A stretch of 64,000 nucleotides of DNA from Candidatus Mediterraneibacter intestinavium (GTDB lineage: Bacteria > Bacillota > Clostridia > Lachnospirales > Lachnospiraceae): positions 929-64,928 of the forward strand of contig DWXK01000028.1 of assembly GCA_019119205.1 (NCBI GenBank). Reading direction: 5' to 3'. The translations under genes were made by a program, and so were the position numbers. Numbering within the stretch: position 1 is the first letter of the stretch; every line of letters begins with the position of its first letter. The notes beneath the pieces are model-generated. The model did no database searches. It was not told the origin of the DNA and saw only the letters and a list, made by a program, of their open reading frames with translations. Positions 31,083 through 41,176 of the stretch are shown here, one piece after another.

Positions 31083-32018
31083 ATGGATCCTCTCAGGCGC
31101 TGGAGTGAGAAAAGGTATCACTCCCTGGATCACGCTCTTCGAAGCAGATACGGAGAAAAGATATACAAGATCACACTGAACGCCGGCATGACCTGTCCCA
31201 ACCGGGACGGCACGGCCGGGACCGGCGGATGCATCTTCTGCAGTGCGATGGGATCCGGCGATTTTGCCGGCGCCGCGGGTTCCTCTGTCAGCGAACAGCT
31301 CGAATCCGGAAAAAAAGAGCTTCTCGAAAAGCGTCCGGTCCACTCTTATATCGCATATTTTCAGGCATTTACCAATACGTATGCTCCGGTGGCATATCTG
31401 GAGAAAGTTTTTATGGAAGCGATCAAAGACCCGGATGTGAAGATCCTGTCCATCGCCACCCGTCCGGACTGCCTGGGTGAGGATGTGCTCGCCCTTCTGG
31501 AACGTCTGAACCGGATCAAACCCGTCTGGGTGGAACTGGGGCTTCAGACCATCCACGAGGAAACCGCCCGATATATCCGCAGGGGATACACTCTTGATGT
31601 GTTTGACACAGCAGTAAACGCCCTGCACCGGATCGGGATCCAGACGATCGTCCACGTGATCCTCTTTCTTCCGGGAGAAACAGAGGACCAGATGCTGGAG
31701 ACCATCGACTATCTGAACCGGGCAGGCATACAGGGGGTCAAACTCCAGCTGCTCCATGTCCTGAAAGGGACAGACCTGGCATCCGAATATGCGGCGGCTC
31801 CCTTCCATGTTCCCGACATGCAGGAGTATATCCGTCTCCTTGGCAGATGCATCGCCCGCCTGGACCCGGACATCGTTATCCACCGTCTCACAGGAGACGG
31901 ACCGAAAGACCTTCTCATCGCGCCGCTTTGGACCGGTGCCAAGCGAACAGTATTGAACCGTCTGAACCAGTATCTGAAAGAAAATGATATCTGGCAGGGA
32001 AAGGAGTTTTATGGCTGA
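31083..32018 (+). CDS. TIGR01212 family radical SAM protein (YhcC/YtqA-like)
   Basis: CPNRDG...GGCIFC, YFQAFTNTY, ATRPDC, ELGLQT, HRLTGD. Confidence 0.92.
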   Translation: MDPLRRWSEKRYHSLDHALRSRYGEKIYKITLNAGMTCPNRDGTAGTGGCIFCSAMGSGDFAGAAGSSVSEQLESGKKELLEKRPVHSYIAYFQAFTNTYAPVAYLEKVFMEAIKDPDVKILSIATRPDCLGEDVLALLERLNRIKPVWVELGLQTIHEETARYIRRGYTLDVFDTAVNALHRIGIQTIVHVILFLPGETEDQMLETIDYLNRAGIQGVKLQLLHVLKGTDLASEYAAAPFHVPDMQEYIRLLGRCIARLDPDIVIHRLTGDGPKDLLIAPLWTGAKRTVLNRLNQYLKENDIWQGKEFYG

Positions 32019-32523
32019 GACATACACATTATATAAACTGATCGTACTTTACATGCTGGATAAGGTGGACTTTCCGCTCACCACATCCCAGATCTCGGAG
32101 TTTATCCTGGACAAAGGATACACTTCCTATTTCAGGCTCCAGGAAACCCTTTCCGAGCTGACAGACTCGGATCTTCTCCGGGTGGAGACCACACACAACC
32201 GGACGCTGTATCATCTGACAGAAAACGGCGCGGAGACGATCCATTTCTTCAGCAATAAAATATCTCCTGCCATCCGGCAGGAGATCGATGATTTCCTCAA
32301 GGAGAAACAGTACGACCTGAAAGAGGAAGTCGCGATAAAATCGGACTACTATCTGAATACCAACCACGAGTTTGAGGTCCGATGCCAGATCATGGAGAAC
32401 GGATATAATCTGATCGACCTGAGGCTCACGGTCCCCACGGAAAAGGAGGCCGAAGCCATTGCTGCCAAGTGGTCCCTCAAAAGCCAGGAGATCTACACCT
32501 CACTTTTGACGGATCTTCTCTAA
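32011..32523 (+). CDS. DUF4364 family winged-helix protein
   Basis: LYKLIVLYMLDKVDFPLT..QISEF, YF.LQ..L.EL. Confidence 0.8.
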   Translation: MAETYTLYKLIVLYMLDKVDFPLTTSQISEFILDKGYTSYFRLQETLSELTDSDLLRVETTHNRTLYHLTENGAETIHFFSNKISPAIRQEIDDFLKEKQYDLKEEVAIKSDYYLNTNHEFEVRCQIMENGYNLIDLRLTVPTEKEAEAIAAKWSLKSQEIYTSLLTDLL

Positions 32524-33816
32524 ATATTCTCTGATCGTTTTTTCGTAACCGAGGACGCCGGGTTCATAGAATCTGGCGTCTTTTATCTCGTCCGGGAGAT
32601 ACTGCTGTTTCACATAATGCCCCGGATAATCGTGAGCGTATTTGTATCCCGTCCCGTGTCCCAGCTTCTGCGCTCCTTTGTAGTGGGCATCCTGTAGATG
32701 AACGGGGACTGTGGTCCGGTTCTGCCGGACCGCCTCGCCCGCCGCGAAGATCGCATTGCACGCGGAATTGCTCTTTGGCGCCGTTGCGACATAGGTGACC
32801 GCCTGGGAGAGGATGATCTGAGCCTCCGGCATACCGATCCGCTCCACAGCCTGAGCCGCCGACACTGCCACGGTCAGCGCCATAGGATCCGCATTTCCAA
32901 CATCTTCGGAGGCACAGATCATGATGCGCCGCGCGATGAACTTGATATCCTCGCCCGCATAGAGCATCTTGGCGAGATAAAACACCGCCGCATCCGGATC
33001 TGACCCTCTCATGCTCTTGATGAACGCTGAGATGATATCATAGTGGTTGTCACCCTTCTTGTCATAATTCACCACTCTCTTCTGGATACACTCCGACGCC
33101 ACTTCCAGGGTGATATGGATGATCCCGTCCTCCGACCGGTCTGTAGTCAGTATCCCCAGTTCCACTGCGTTGAGCGCGTTCCTCGCATCCCCTCCTGAGA
33201 TGTCAGCAAGGAATTCCAGCGCATCCTCGTCGATCTGCGCGCGGAAGCTTCCCATCCCTTTCTCCGTATCGTTCACAGCCCGCAGGATGAGAGTACGGAT
33301 ATCCTCTCTTCCAAGGGCTTTCAGCTCAAAGATGCTGGACCGTGACAGGAGCGCCCCGTTCACCTCAAAATAAGGATTCTCCGTGGTGGCTCCGATCAGG
33401 ATGATGGTGCCGTCCTCCACAAAGGGGAGCAGGTAATCCTGCTGCCCCTTGTTAAAACGGTGGATCTCATCGATAAAGAGGATCGTTTTCTTTCCGTACA
33501 TCCCCTGAAGGTCCTTCGCCTCTTTCACCACTTCTTCCATATCCTTCTTCCCGGCTACCGTGGCGTTGATCTGCTTGAACTCGGCGCTGGTCGTATTGGC
33601 GATCACTTTTGCCAGCGTGGTCTTTCCTGTCCCCGGCGGTCCGTAGAAGATGAGCGACCCCAGCTTGTCCGCTTTGATCGCACGGTACAGAAGTTTGTCC
33701 TTCCCGATGATGTGCTGCTGTCCCACCACTTCATCCAGCGTTGTCGGGCGCATCCTGGAAGCCAGCGGCGACTCCTTTTTCTGATTAGTTTCTCTCATAT
33801 AGTCAAAAAGATCCAT
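32500..33816 (-). CDS. rarA: Replication-associated recombination protein A (RarA/MgsA AAA+ ATPase)
   Basis: PLASRMRP, GPPGTGKT, DEIHRFNK.QQD, SAFIKSMRGSDPDA. Confidence 0.95.
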   Translation of the reverse strand: MDLFDYMRETNQKKESPLASRMRPTTLDEVVGQQHIIGKDKLLYRAIKADKLGSLIFYGPPGTGKTTLAKVIANTTSAEFKQINATVAGKKDMEEVVKEAKDLQGMYGKKTILFIDEIHRFNKGQQDYLLPFVEDGTIILIGATTENPYFEVNGALLSRSSIFELKALGREDIRTLILRAVNDTEKGMGSFRAQIDEDALEFLADISGGDARNALNAVELGILTTDRSEDGIIHITLEVASECIQKRVVNYDKKGDNHYDIISAFIKSMRGSDPDAAVFYLAKMLYAGEDIKFIARRIMICASEDVGNADPMALTVAVSAAQAVERIGMPEAQIILSQAVTYVATAPKSNSACNAIFAAGEAVRQNRTTVPVHLQDAHYKGAQKLGHGTGYKYAHDYPGHYVKQQYLPDEIKDARFYEPGVLGYEKTIREYLEKIRQK

Positions 33817-33851
33817 TTTCTTTCCTCCAGACTAAGCTTTAATGTATTTTA

Positions 33852-34571
33852 TCATCCGATCCCTGCCAGTTCCCGGACGACCTCCCCCGCGATCAAAAGT
33901 CCTGCGACGGGCGGCACAAAGGATATGCTCCCCGGGAGGGACCGGCGCGCGCCCATATCCTCCCCGGTGGTCCTGCCGGAAGTATCCACAGGCTTCTCCT
34001 TTGAATAGAGAACCTTCAGGTGAGAGATCCCCCGGCTTTTCAGTTCTCTGCGCATGACACGGCACAGGGGGCACACACTGGTCTTGGATATATCAGTGAT
34101 CTCAAAGAGTTCAGGGTGCAGTTTGTTGCCGGTCCCCATGCTGCTGATGACCGGGATCCCTTTTTCCAGCGCTCTCTGCACGATAGCAAGCTTCGCCGTC
34201 ACTGTGTCTACCGCATCAATGATGTAATCTTCCTTTCCGGTGATCACACCCTCCACATTATCGTTCAGGATAAACGTCTCGTGCGTATCCACACGGATCT
34301 CCGGGTTGATATCCCGGATCTTTTCTTTCATGACCTCTGTCTTGTATCGCCCCACCGTACTGTGAAAGGCGATGGACTGGCGGTTGATGTTCGTTATGGA
34401 AACGACGTCGTTATCCACCAGGGTCAGGTGTCCCACCCCGCTCCTTGCCAGCGCTTCGATACAGTGTGATCCTACACCGCCCACTCCAAACACGAGGACA
34501 GAAGCTCCCTTAAGCCGTTCCATAGCCCCGTTTCCGATCAACAGTTCTGTTCTTGTATATTCATCTGCCAT
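33852..34571 (-). CDS. tcdA: tRNA threonylcarbamoyladenosine dehydratase (ThiF family)
   Basis: GVGGVG, TNINRQ, DISKT..CPL.R.MR..L, PGSISFVP. Confidence 0.87.
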   Translation of the reverse strand: MADEYTRTELLIGNGAMERLKGASVLVFGVGGVGSHCIEALARSGVGHLTLVDNDVVSITNINRQSIAFHSTVGRYKTEVMKEKIRDINPEIRVDTHETFILNDNVEGVITGKEDYIIDAVDTVTAKLAIVQRALEKGIPVISSMGTGNKLHPELFEITDISKTSVCPLCRVMRRELKSRGISHLKVLYSKEKPVDTSGRTTGEDMGARRSLPGSISFVPPVAGLLIAGEVVRELAGIG

Positions 34572-34594
34572 TTTTCTGCTCCGTTTCTCACTTT

Positions 34595-35464
34595 TTATTC
34601 TATAAGGAGCCGGTCTGCCGTAACGAACTCATATCCCTCATCCTTGAGGATATCGATGATCCGAAATGCCGCATCCACCGAGCTCTCATAACAGTCATGC
34701 AGGAGAATGATATCATTTTCCTGTACATCCGTCACTACTTTTTGAACGATCTCATCCACATTTTCTGTTGTCCAGTCCAGAGGATCCACCGTCCATTTCA
34801 CATAGAGCTTGTCGAGTTCTTCCGCCATACCGTCAGGGAACGCGCCAAACGGCGGCCTTACCAGCGAAGTCTCTTCCCCTGTTATCTCCCTGATCAGTCC
34901 ATCCGTCATCATGAGTTCCCTGTGCGCATCCTCAGAGTTCAGCTTAGACAGATCCACATGATGATATGTATGGTTGCCGATCTCATGGCCCTCTTCCTGC
35001 ATCCTTTTTATGATCCCCCTGTTATCCTCTTTTTCAATATTCTCTCCGATCACAAAAAAAGTTGCCCGGACTCCCCTTTCCTTCAGACCGTCAAGGAGCC
35101 GCGGTGTAGAAGATGCATCGGGACCGTCGTCAAAGGTGATCGCGATCATCGGTTTCGGCTCGTTTCCTCCGGATCCTTTTTCTGTTTCTCCGCAGCCAGT
35201 GTCATCCGCACTCTCCCCCTCCTCCCTGCCGCTGACCTCTTCCGCCTCTGCCTGCATGCTCTCCTCTCCTGCTTCCGGTGCAGTCCTTTCCTCATATTGG
35301 GATCCCGGCACCGGAAAGAACAGCAGGATGTACAGGACGGCGACAGCCTGCATCCACCGCTTCAGTCCGCAGCCCTTTCCCCTGTCTTGTTTTCGTTTTT
35401 CCTGGTCACTTGCCCTCTGCGTGGTCTGTTCCTCCGTCTGCTCCCTCGCCCATACTTTGGGCAC
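34595..35464 (-). CDS. Polysaccharide deacetylase (CE4/NodB)
   Basis: TFDDGP, HEIGNHTYHH, RPPFG, DPLDW, ILLHD; start uncertain. Confidence 0.9.
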   Translation of the reverse strand: MPKVWAREQTEEQTTQRASDQEKRKQDRGKGCGLKRWMQAVAVLYILLFFPVPGSQYEERTAPEAGEESMQAEAEEVSGREEGESADDTGCGETEKGSGGNEPKPMIAITFDDGPDASSTPRLLDGLKERGVRATFFVIGENIEKEDNRGIIKRMQEEGHEIGNHTYHHVDLSKLNSEDAHRELMMTDGLIREITGEETSLVRPPFGAFPDGMAEELDKLYVKWTVDPLDWTTENVDEIVQKVVTDVQENDIILLHDCYESSVDAAFRIIDILKDEGYEFVTADRLLIE

Positions 35465-35532
35465 CCTCTTTCCTATTCATATGCATCCCGGCTGCTCCTC
35501 ATGCACTCCGGACGCATCGCTTTCTCAGCGGT

Positions 35533-36375
35533 TCACACGGTCATATGGGTTCTCCGATACTCAGACGGGCTGATCTTTTTTAACTTTTTAAATGCTTTTG
35601 AAAAATAAAGGTTGTTCTCAAATCCAACAGAATACGCGATCGCGGAAACTGAAAGGTTAGTCTCTTTGAGCAGATGGCATGCCTGTTTGATCCGGTATTC
35701 GGAGAGATATTCTTTCGGTGATTTGGTCAAATGTGTCTGAAAAGAGCGGAACAGATGGCTCCGGCTGATCCCCACATATGCTGCGATATCTTCCACTGTG
35801 ATAGGATAGGAATAATTCGTCCCGATGTAGTTCTGTGCTTTCTCCACATAAGTCATCTGGATATCTTTTTCCTGTACTTCCTTTTCGCAGTAGTGCATGA
35901 ACACGGCGAGCAGGCTGTAGAGCGCCCCCGCCATGGCCACCGTTGCCTCGAAAGTATTCCCCTTCACTTCATAAATATGCTCCAGACCTTCCCGTATCTT
36001 ATCAGCCGGTATCCTGCCTTTCCTGATATAAGGCTCCGTCTTGGAAAAATCCGTGCTGTGTATGACCGACGCGGCGTCCGTTCCCATAAAACCTGCCCAC
36101 GCGTACTCCCAGGGCTCGTCCTTGTCGGCATAATACTTTACTTCCTCACCGGGAAAGAGGATGAACGTATCCCCTGCTTCCAGGCGGAAGGTCTTGCTGC
36201 CTGCGGTATAGTATCCGCTCCCGGAGAGAATATGGTGGATACAGTAGTGATCACGGATACCTGGTCCCCACTGGTATTCCGGCTCACATTTCTGATGTCC
36301 CACATTATATACAGAAAGAGAATTTAAAAGATCCTCCCCTGCTTTATATGAGTATTTGTATGAATCCGTCATCAT
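35533..36375 (-). CDS. AraC family transcriptional regulator (MsmR-like), divergent from galK
   Basis: N-terminal cupin (GP..RD.Y.IH), C-terminal double HTH (IAYSVGF...YFSK.FKK). Confidence 0.92.
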   Translation of the reverse strand: MMTDSYKYSYKAGEDLLNSLSVYNVGHQKCEPEYQWGPGIRDHYCIHHILSGSGYYTAGSKTFRLEAGDTFILFPGEEVKYYADKDEPWEYAWAGFMGTDAASVIHSTDFSKTEPYIRKGRIPADKIREGLEHIYEVKGNTFEATVAMAGALYSLLAVFMHYCEKEVQEKDIQMTYVEKAQNYIGTNYSYPITVEDIAAYVGISRSHLFRSFQTHLTKSPKEYLSEYRIKQACHLLKETNLSVSAIAYSVGFENNLYFSKAFKKLKKISPSEYRRTHMTV

Positions 36376-36575
36376 CCTTCCTCCTCATCCTTTTCTTCGA
36401 TCACACGTAGTCCCGTCTCTTCTGCCATTATATATCCAAGTGGCTTTACAGGCAACATTTTTACATGTTTCTGCACGTATTTTTTATATACTCCCTCCGC
36501 CTCGGGGATATATAATGATTTTAGAAAATAGCATTCGTTTCAGCATTTTTTACAACATTTCAGGAGGAAATAAGA

Positions 36576-37748
36576 ATGAAGAAAAAGTTATTTGACAAAT
36601 TTGCAGAGCTTTTCGGAAGCGCAGACGGCGCCCGCTTCTATTTCTCGCCGGGACGCGTCAACCTGATCGGCGAACACACCGATTATAACGGAGGCCACGT
36701 ATTCCCCTGCGCCCTGACGATCGGAACATACGGCGCAGCGAGAAAAAGAGAGGACCGCATGATCCACTTCTATTCCATGAACCTGGATTCATTTGGCGTG
36801 GTAGAGGTATCTCTCGATGACCTTACATACAAGAAAGCATACAACTGGGCAAATTATCCGCTCGGCGTAGTCTGGGCATTCGCGGAAAAAGGATACAAAC
36901 TGGAGAATGGTTTTGACATGGTCATCTGGGGGAATATCCCGAACGGATCCGGTCTTTCCTCTTCCGCTTCCCTGGAGGTCCTCACAGGCGTCATCCTGAC
37001 AGATCTCTTCGGGATCGATTCCTTGAGCATGACCGACCTTGCGTTCATCGGACAGTATTCCGAGAACAATTTCAACGGCTGCAACTGCGGTATCATGGAT
37101 CAGTTCGCCGTTGCGATGGGCAAAAAAGACAATGCCATCTTCCTTGATACAAACACGATGAAGTATGAATATGCCCCCATCGTTCTTGAGGACGCGAAGA
37201 TCATCATCACAAACAGCAAAGTAAAGCACAGCCTGGTTGACTCTGCGTACAACGACAGGAGACAGGAATGTGCAGACGCTCTGGCTGCTCTCCAGTCAGA
37301 ACTGGATATCAAGGCACTCGGCGACCTTACTCCGGAGAAATTTGAGGAGCACAAAGATCTGATCAAAGATCCGGTCCAGCTAAAGCGTGCAAAGCATGCC
37401 GTATATGAAAATCAGCGCACCATCGACGCGGTCGCTGCCCTGAGAGAAGGAAACATCACAAAATTCGGTGAACTGATGAACCAGTCCCACATCTCTCTGA
37501 GGGACGACTATGAAGTTTCCTGTGAAGAGATCGATATCCTCGTTGACCTTGCCTGGAAGATCCCGGGCGTCATCGGCTCCCGTATCACAGGCGGCGGATT
37601 CGGCGGCTGTACAGTCAGTATCGTAAAAAATGATGCAGTAGATACATTCATCGACAGCATCGGAAGAACATACAAAGAGAAAGTCGGACATGAAGCAGAA
37701 TTCTATACCGTCGATATCGGAGACGGAGCTTCCCGCATCGACGGGTAA
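36576..37748 (+). CDS. galK: Galactokinase
   Basis: PGRVNLIGEHTDYN, GSGLSSSA, CGIMDQ, GSRITGGGFGG. Confidence 0.97.
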   Translation: MKKKLFDKFAELFGSADGARFYFSPGRVNLIGEHTDYNGGHVFPCALTIGTYGAARKREDRMIHFYSMNLDSFGVVEVSLDDLTYKKAYNWANYPLGVVWAFAEKGYKLENGFDMVIWGNIPNGSGLSSSASLEVLTGVILTDLFGIDSLSMTDLAFIGQYSENNFNGCNCGIMDQFAVAMGKKDNAIFLDTNTMKYEYAPIVLEDAKIIITNSKVKHSLVDSAYNDRRQECADALAALQSELDIKALGDLTPEKFEEHKDLIKDPVQLKRAKHAVYENQRTIDAVAALREGNITKFGELMNQSHISLRDDYEVSCEEIDILVDLAWKIPGVIGSRITGGGFGGCTVSIVKNDAVDTFIDSIGRTYKEKVGHEAEFYTVDIGDGASRIDG

Positions 37749-37771
37749 GAGGGATACCTGTTTTGTCTGTA

Positions 37772-37802
37772 ACAGGAGGCAGGCTGATCCGTCTGCCTTC
37801 TG
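37772..37802 (+). other. Intergenic stem-loop between galK and galT
   Basis: CAGGAGGCAGGC / GTCTGCCTTCTG imperfect stem. Confidence 0.45.
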
Positions 37803-37861
37803 CATTATTTGCCTTATAAATGAATATATAAACAACAAATCAATGAACGGAGGTAACTGCT

Positions 37862-39352
37862 ATGCTTTATGAAGCGATCAAGAAACTGGTGCAGTACGGG
37901 ATCGACACCGGACTCACCCCGGAATCTGAGCGGACCTATACGACCAATCTGCTCCTCGATGTGATGAAAGAGGACGATTACGAGGATGTGGACTGCGATC
38001 TGAGCAGTATCGTCCTGGAGGACGTCTTAAAAGAACTCCTCGACGAGGCTGTAAAACGCGGGCTGATCGAGGACAGCGTTACATATCGGGACCTGTTTGA
38101 CACCCGTCTCATGAACTGCCTGATGCCGCGTCCGGCGCAGATCCAGGAGAAGTTCTGGAAAGAATATGAAAAGTCCCCGGAAGATGCGACAGCTTATTAT
38201 TATAAACTGAGCCAGGACAGCGACTATATCCGCCGCTACCGCATCAAAAAAGACAGAAAATGGACCGTGGATACCCAGTACGGTACACTGGATATCACCA
38301 TCAACCTCTCCAAACCGGAGAAAGACCCGAAAGCCATCGCGGCTGCAGGGAAGGCAAAATCCTCTTCCTACCCGAAATGTCAGCTCTGCATGGAAAATGA
38401 GGGGTACGCAGGACGCACAAACCATCCTGCCAGAGAGAATCACAGGATCATCCCGATCCAGATCCAGGGAAGTAAATGGGGCTTCCAGTATTCTCCCTAC
38501 GTTTACTATAATGAGCACTGTATCGTGTTCAACGGAGAGCATATCCCCATGAAGATCGACAGGAAAGCATTTGCAAAACTGTTTGATTTCATCAAGCTGT
38601 TCCCGCACTACTTCCTTGGCTCCAACGCAGACCTTCCGATCGTTGGCGGTTCTATCTTGAGCCACGACCACTTCCAGGGCGGAAACTATACATTTGCAAT
38701 GGCGAAAGCTCCGATCATAGAGAACTTCACCGTCAAAGGCTATGAGGACGTCACAGCAGGCATCGTAAAATGGCCGCTCTCCGTGATCCGCCTCCAGGGC
38801 ATGGATGTGGAGAGGATCATCGACCTCGCCGAGCATATCCTGAACAAATGGCGCGGCTACACGGATGAAGACGCATTCATCTTCGCGGAGACAGACGGAA
38901 CGCCTCACAACACGATCACTCCTATCGCAAGGAAACGCGGCGATCTGTATGAGCTTGACCTGACGCTGCGCAACAACATCACCACAGAGGAGCATCCTCT
39001 TGGAGTATATCATCCCCATGCAAAACTCCATCATATCAAGAAGGAGAACATCGGGCTGATCGAGGTCATGGGACTTGCCGTACTTCCGGCGCGTCTGAAA
39101 GGCGAGATGGAACTCCTGGAAGAATATATCCTTGAAGGAAAAGACATCCGCAGCAACGACCAGATCGAGAAACATGCAGACTGGGTAGACGAGTTCCTTC
39201 CAGACTATCCGGATATCAATAAAGATAACATCGGACATATCCTGGAGCAGGAAGTAGGAAAAGTATTCTGCCAGGTACTCGAAGACGCCGGAGTCTACAA
39301 ATGCACTCCAGAAGGCCTGGAAGCCTTCCACCGCTTCATCAGCGTCCTCTAA
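37862..39352 (+). CDS. galT: Galactose-1-phosphate uridylyltransferase (type II, Gram-positive)
   Basis: ITINLSKPEKDP, YPKCQLC.ENEGY.G, GGSILSHDHFQGG, HHIKKENIGLIEVMG. Confidence 0.96.
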   Translation: MLYEAIKKLVQYGIDTGLTPESERTYTTNLLLDVMKEDDYEDVDCDLSSIVLEDVLKELLDEAVKRGLIEDSVTYRDLFDTRLMNCLMPRPAQIQEKFWKEYEKSPEDATAYYYKLSQDSDYIRRYRIKKDRKWTVDTQYGTLDITINLSKPEKDPKAIAAAGKAKSSSYPKCQLCMENEGYAGRTNHPARENHRIIPIQIQGSKWGFQYSPYVYYNEHCIVFNGEHIPMKIDRKAFAKLFDFIKLFPHYFLGSNADLPIVGGSILSHDHFQGGNYTFAMAKAPIIENFTVKGYEDVTAGIVKWPLSVIRLQGMDVERIIDLAEHILNKWRGYTDEDAFIFAETDGTPHNTITPIARKRGDLYELDLTLRNNITTEEHPLGVYHPHAKLHHIKKENIGLIEVMGLAVLPARLKGEMELLEEYILEGKDIRSNDQIEKHADWVDEFLPDYPDINKDNIGHILEQEVGKVFCQVLEDAGVYKCTPEGLEAFHRFISVL

Positions 39353-39356
39353 AACA

Positions 39357-39406
39357 GTTTTCGAGAAAACCGTCCAAAAAAGTTCTCAAACAGTTTTCTC
39401 GAAAAC
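39357..39406. terminator. Hairpin directly after galT (possible terminator)
   Basis: GTTTTCGAGAAAAC / GTTTTCTCGAAAAC 14-bp perfect stem. Confidence 0.55.
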
Positions 39407-39407
39407 C

Positions 39408-39623
39408 TTTCGAGGGGCGGCAGGCGGATGGATTCCGTTGACTTGGAGAAAGTCTTAGAAAATGTTAAACTCCGGGAACTGACGTTGATATGAAAAATAA
39501 CACTGTCTGAGCGTAAGCGAGTTGTGTTATTTTTCATATCGCTGTTAGTCAGTTCCCGGAGTTTTTAGATTTTCTTAGACTTTCGGAATTGGAAACGGAG
39601 CCATCTGCCTGCCGTCCACGAAA
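39408..39623. repeat. About 215-bp long imperfect palindrome between convergent genes
   Basis: Nested arms GGCAGGCGGATGG/CCATCTGCCTGCC, GAAAGTCT/AGACTTTC, AAACTCCGGGAACTGAC/GTCAGTTCCCGGAGTTT and GATATGAAAAATAACAC/GTGTTATTTTTCATATC around a 20-nt loop. Confidence 0.92.
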
Positions 39624-39637
39624 CCGTCTTCGAAAAT

Positions 39638-40195
39638 TTATTTCTTAGAATCCAGATAAGCCTTTCTTCCCTCTTCGTACAGGTTATTCCCCTCGCTGTC
39701 GATGATGACAACGACCGGCATATCCTCCACATAGAGTTTTCTCAGAGCCTCTGCTCCCAGATCTTCGTAAGCGATCAGCTCCGCTTTCTTGATACATTTC
39801 GCAAGAAGAGCTCCTGCGCCGCCGATCGCGCCGAAGTAAACGCCGCTGTATTTCTTCATGGCGTCCACAACTTCCGGAAGGCGGGCACCTTTTCCGATCA
39901 TTCCTCTTGCGCCAACGGACATCATCGTCGGAGCGTAAGCATCCATACGTCCGCTGGTCGTCGGGCCTGCGCTTCCGATGACATGCCCCGGTTTTGCCGG
40001 AGTCGGTCCCACATAGTAGATCGTCGCATCCTTTGGATCAAAGGGGATCTTCTCTCCCTTTGCCAGAGCCTCGCACATTCTCTTGTGTCCGGCGTCACGG
40101 GATGTGTAGATCGTTCCTGTCAAGAGTACCTGATCTCCTGCGTGAAGAGTCTTAGCAAGTTCTTCTGTAAGCGGTAATGTAATCTTTCTTGCCAT
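39638..40195 (-). CDS. Class I fumarate hydratase beta subunit (Fe-S hydro-lyase)
   Basis: G.IYTSRDAGH, SAGPTTSGRMD, GMIGKG, EDLGAEA. Confidence 0.92.
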   Translation of the reverse strand: MARKITLPLTEELAKTLHAGDQVLLTGTIYTSRDAGHKRMCEALAKGEKIPFDPKDATIYYVGPTPAKPGHVIGSAGPTTSGRMDAYAPTMMSVGARGMIGKGARLPEVVDAMKKYSGVYFGAIGGAGALLAKCIKKAELIAYEDLGAEALRKLYVEDMPVVVIIDSEGNNLYEEGRKAYLDSKK

Positions 40196-41038
40196 TTATA
40201 TCACCTCCGATTTGTGGCGTGTCACATGGCAGTTGATGTTGACTGCACACGGCATGCCTGCGATATGTGTCGGCATTGTCTCGATGTTCAGTCCGATGGC
40301 TGTCGTCTTTCCGCCGAATCCCTGCGGGCCGATCCCCAGCTCATTGACCTTCTCCAGCATCTCCTTCTCCAGATCTGCATAGAACGGATCCGGGTTGGAA
40401 GAATCAAGCGGTCTCATAAGTGCTTTCTTTGCAAGAAGCGCACACTTGTCAAATGTTCCGCCGATCCCGACACCCACTACCATAGGCGGGCACGGATTCG
40501 GTCCTGCCGTCTCCACAGCCTCGATGATGAAGTCCTTGATCCCCTGAAGTCCCGCTGAAGGCTTGAACATACGGATCTGGCTCATATTCTCACTACCGAA
40601 TCCCTTCGGTCCGACTGTGACCTTGATATTCTCACCGGGCACGATCTCCGTGTAGAGCATCGCCGGTGTGTTGTCTCCCGTATTTCCGCGGCGAACCGGA
40701 TCTTTTACGACAGATTTGCGCAGATATCCGTTTGTATATCCGCGGCGTACTCCCTCATCCACTGCCTCTGCAAGGTCTCCTCCGACAAGATGCACATCCT
40801 GTCCGATCTCAAGGAATACACATGCCATACCGGTATCCTGGCAGATCGGCACGTTCTCATTGTCCGCGATCTCATAGTTCTCGATGATGTTGTCGAGAAC
40901 GCCTTTTGCGATCTCGCCGTCCTCACATGCACGGCAGTCGCGGATCGCACATTTCACGTCTTCCGGGAGATGCTCGTTTGCTTCGATGCAGAGTCTCTCG
41001 ATCACGTCTGTAAGTGTGCTTACATTAATTTCACGCAT
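40196..41038 (-). CDS. Class I fumarate hydratase alpha subunit
   Basis: [35 protein letters not shown]. Confidence 0.92.
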   Translation of the reverse strand: MREINVSTLTDVIERLCIEANEHLPEDVKCAIRDCRACEDGEIAKGVLDNIIENYEIADNENVPICQDTGMACVFLEIGQDVHLVGGDLAEAVDEGVRRGYTNGYLRKSVVKDPVRRGNTGDNTPAMLYTEIVPGENIKVTVGPKGFGSENMSQIRMFKPSAGLQGIKDFIIEAVETAGPNPCPPMVVGVGIGGTFDKCALLAKKALMRPLDSSNPDPFYADLEKEMLEKVNELGIGPQGFGGKTTAIGLNIETMPTHIAGMPCAVNINCHVTRHKSEVI

Positions 41039-41176
41039 GAAAGCCAACTCCTTCCATTTTTAATTTGTTTGGATTATATTTCCGCAGATCGATGCGGAAT
41101 GTTTTCTGCGGACCGCATCGCCAAATGCTCTGCAGTCCGCCGAAAATTCCTGATATAGTTTAAACCCTGCTTAAGA

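Noticed and set aside
38027-39331. 434-aa minus-strand ORF
   Set aside because: Antisense shadow of galT, with no RBS or domain signal
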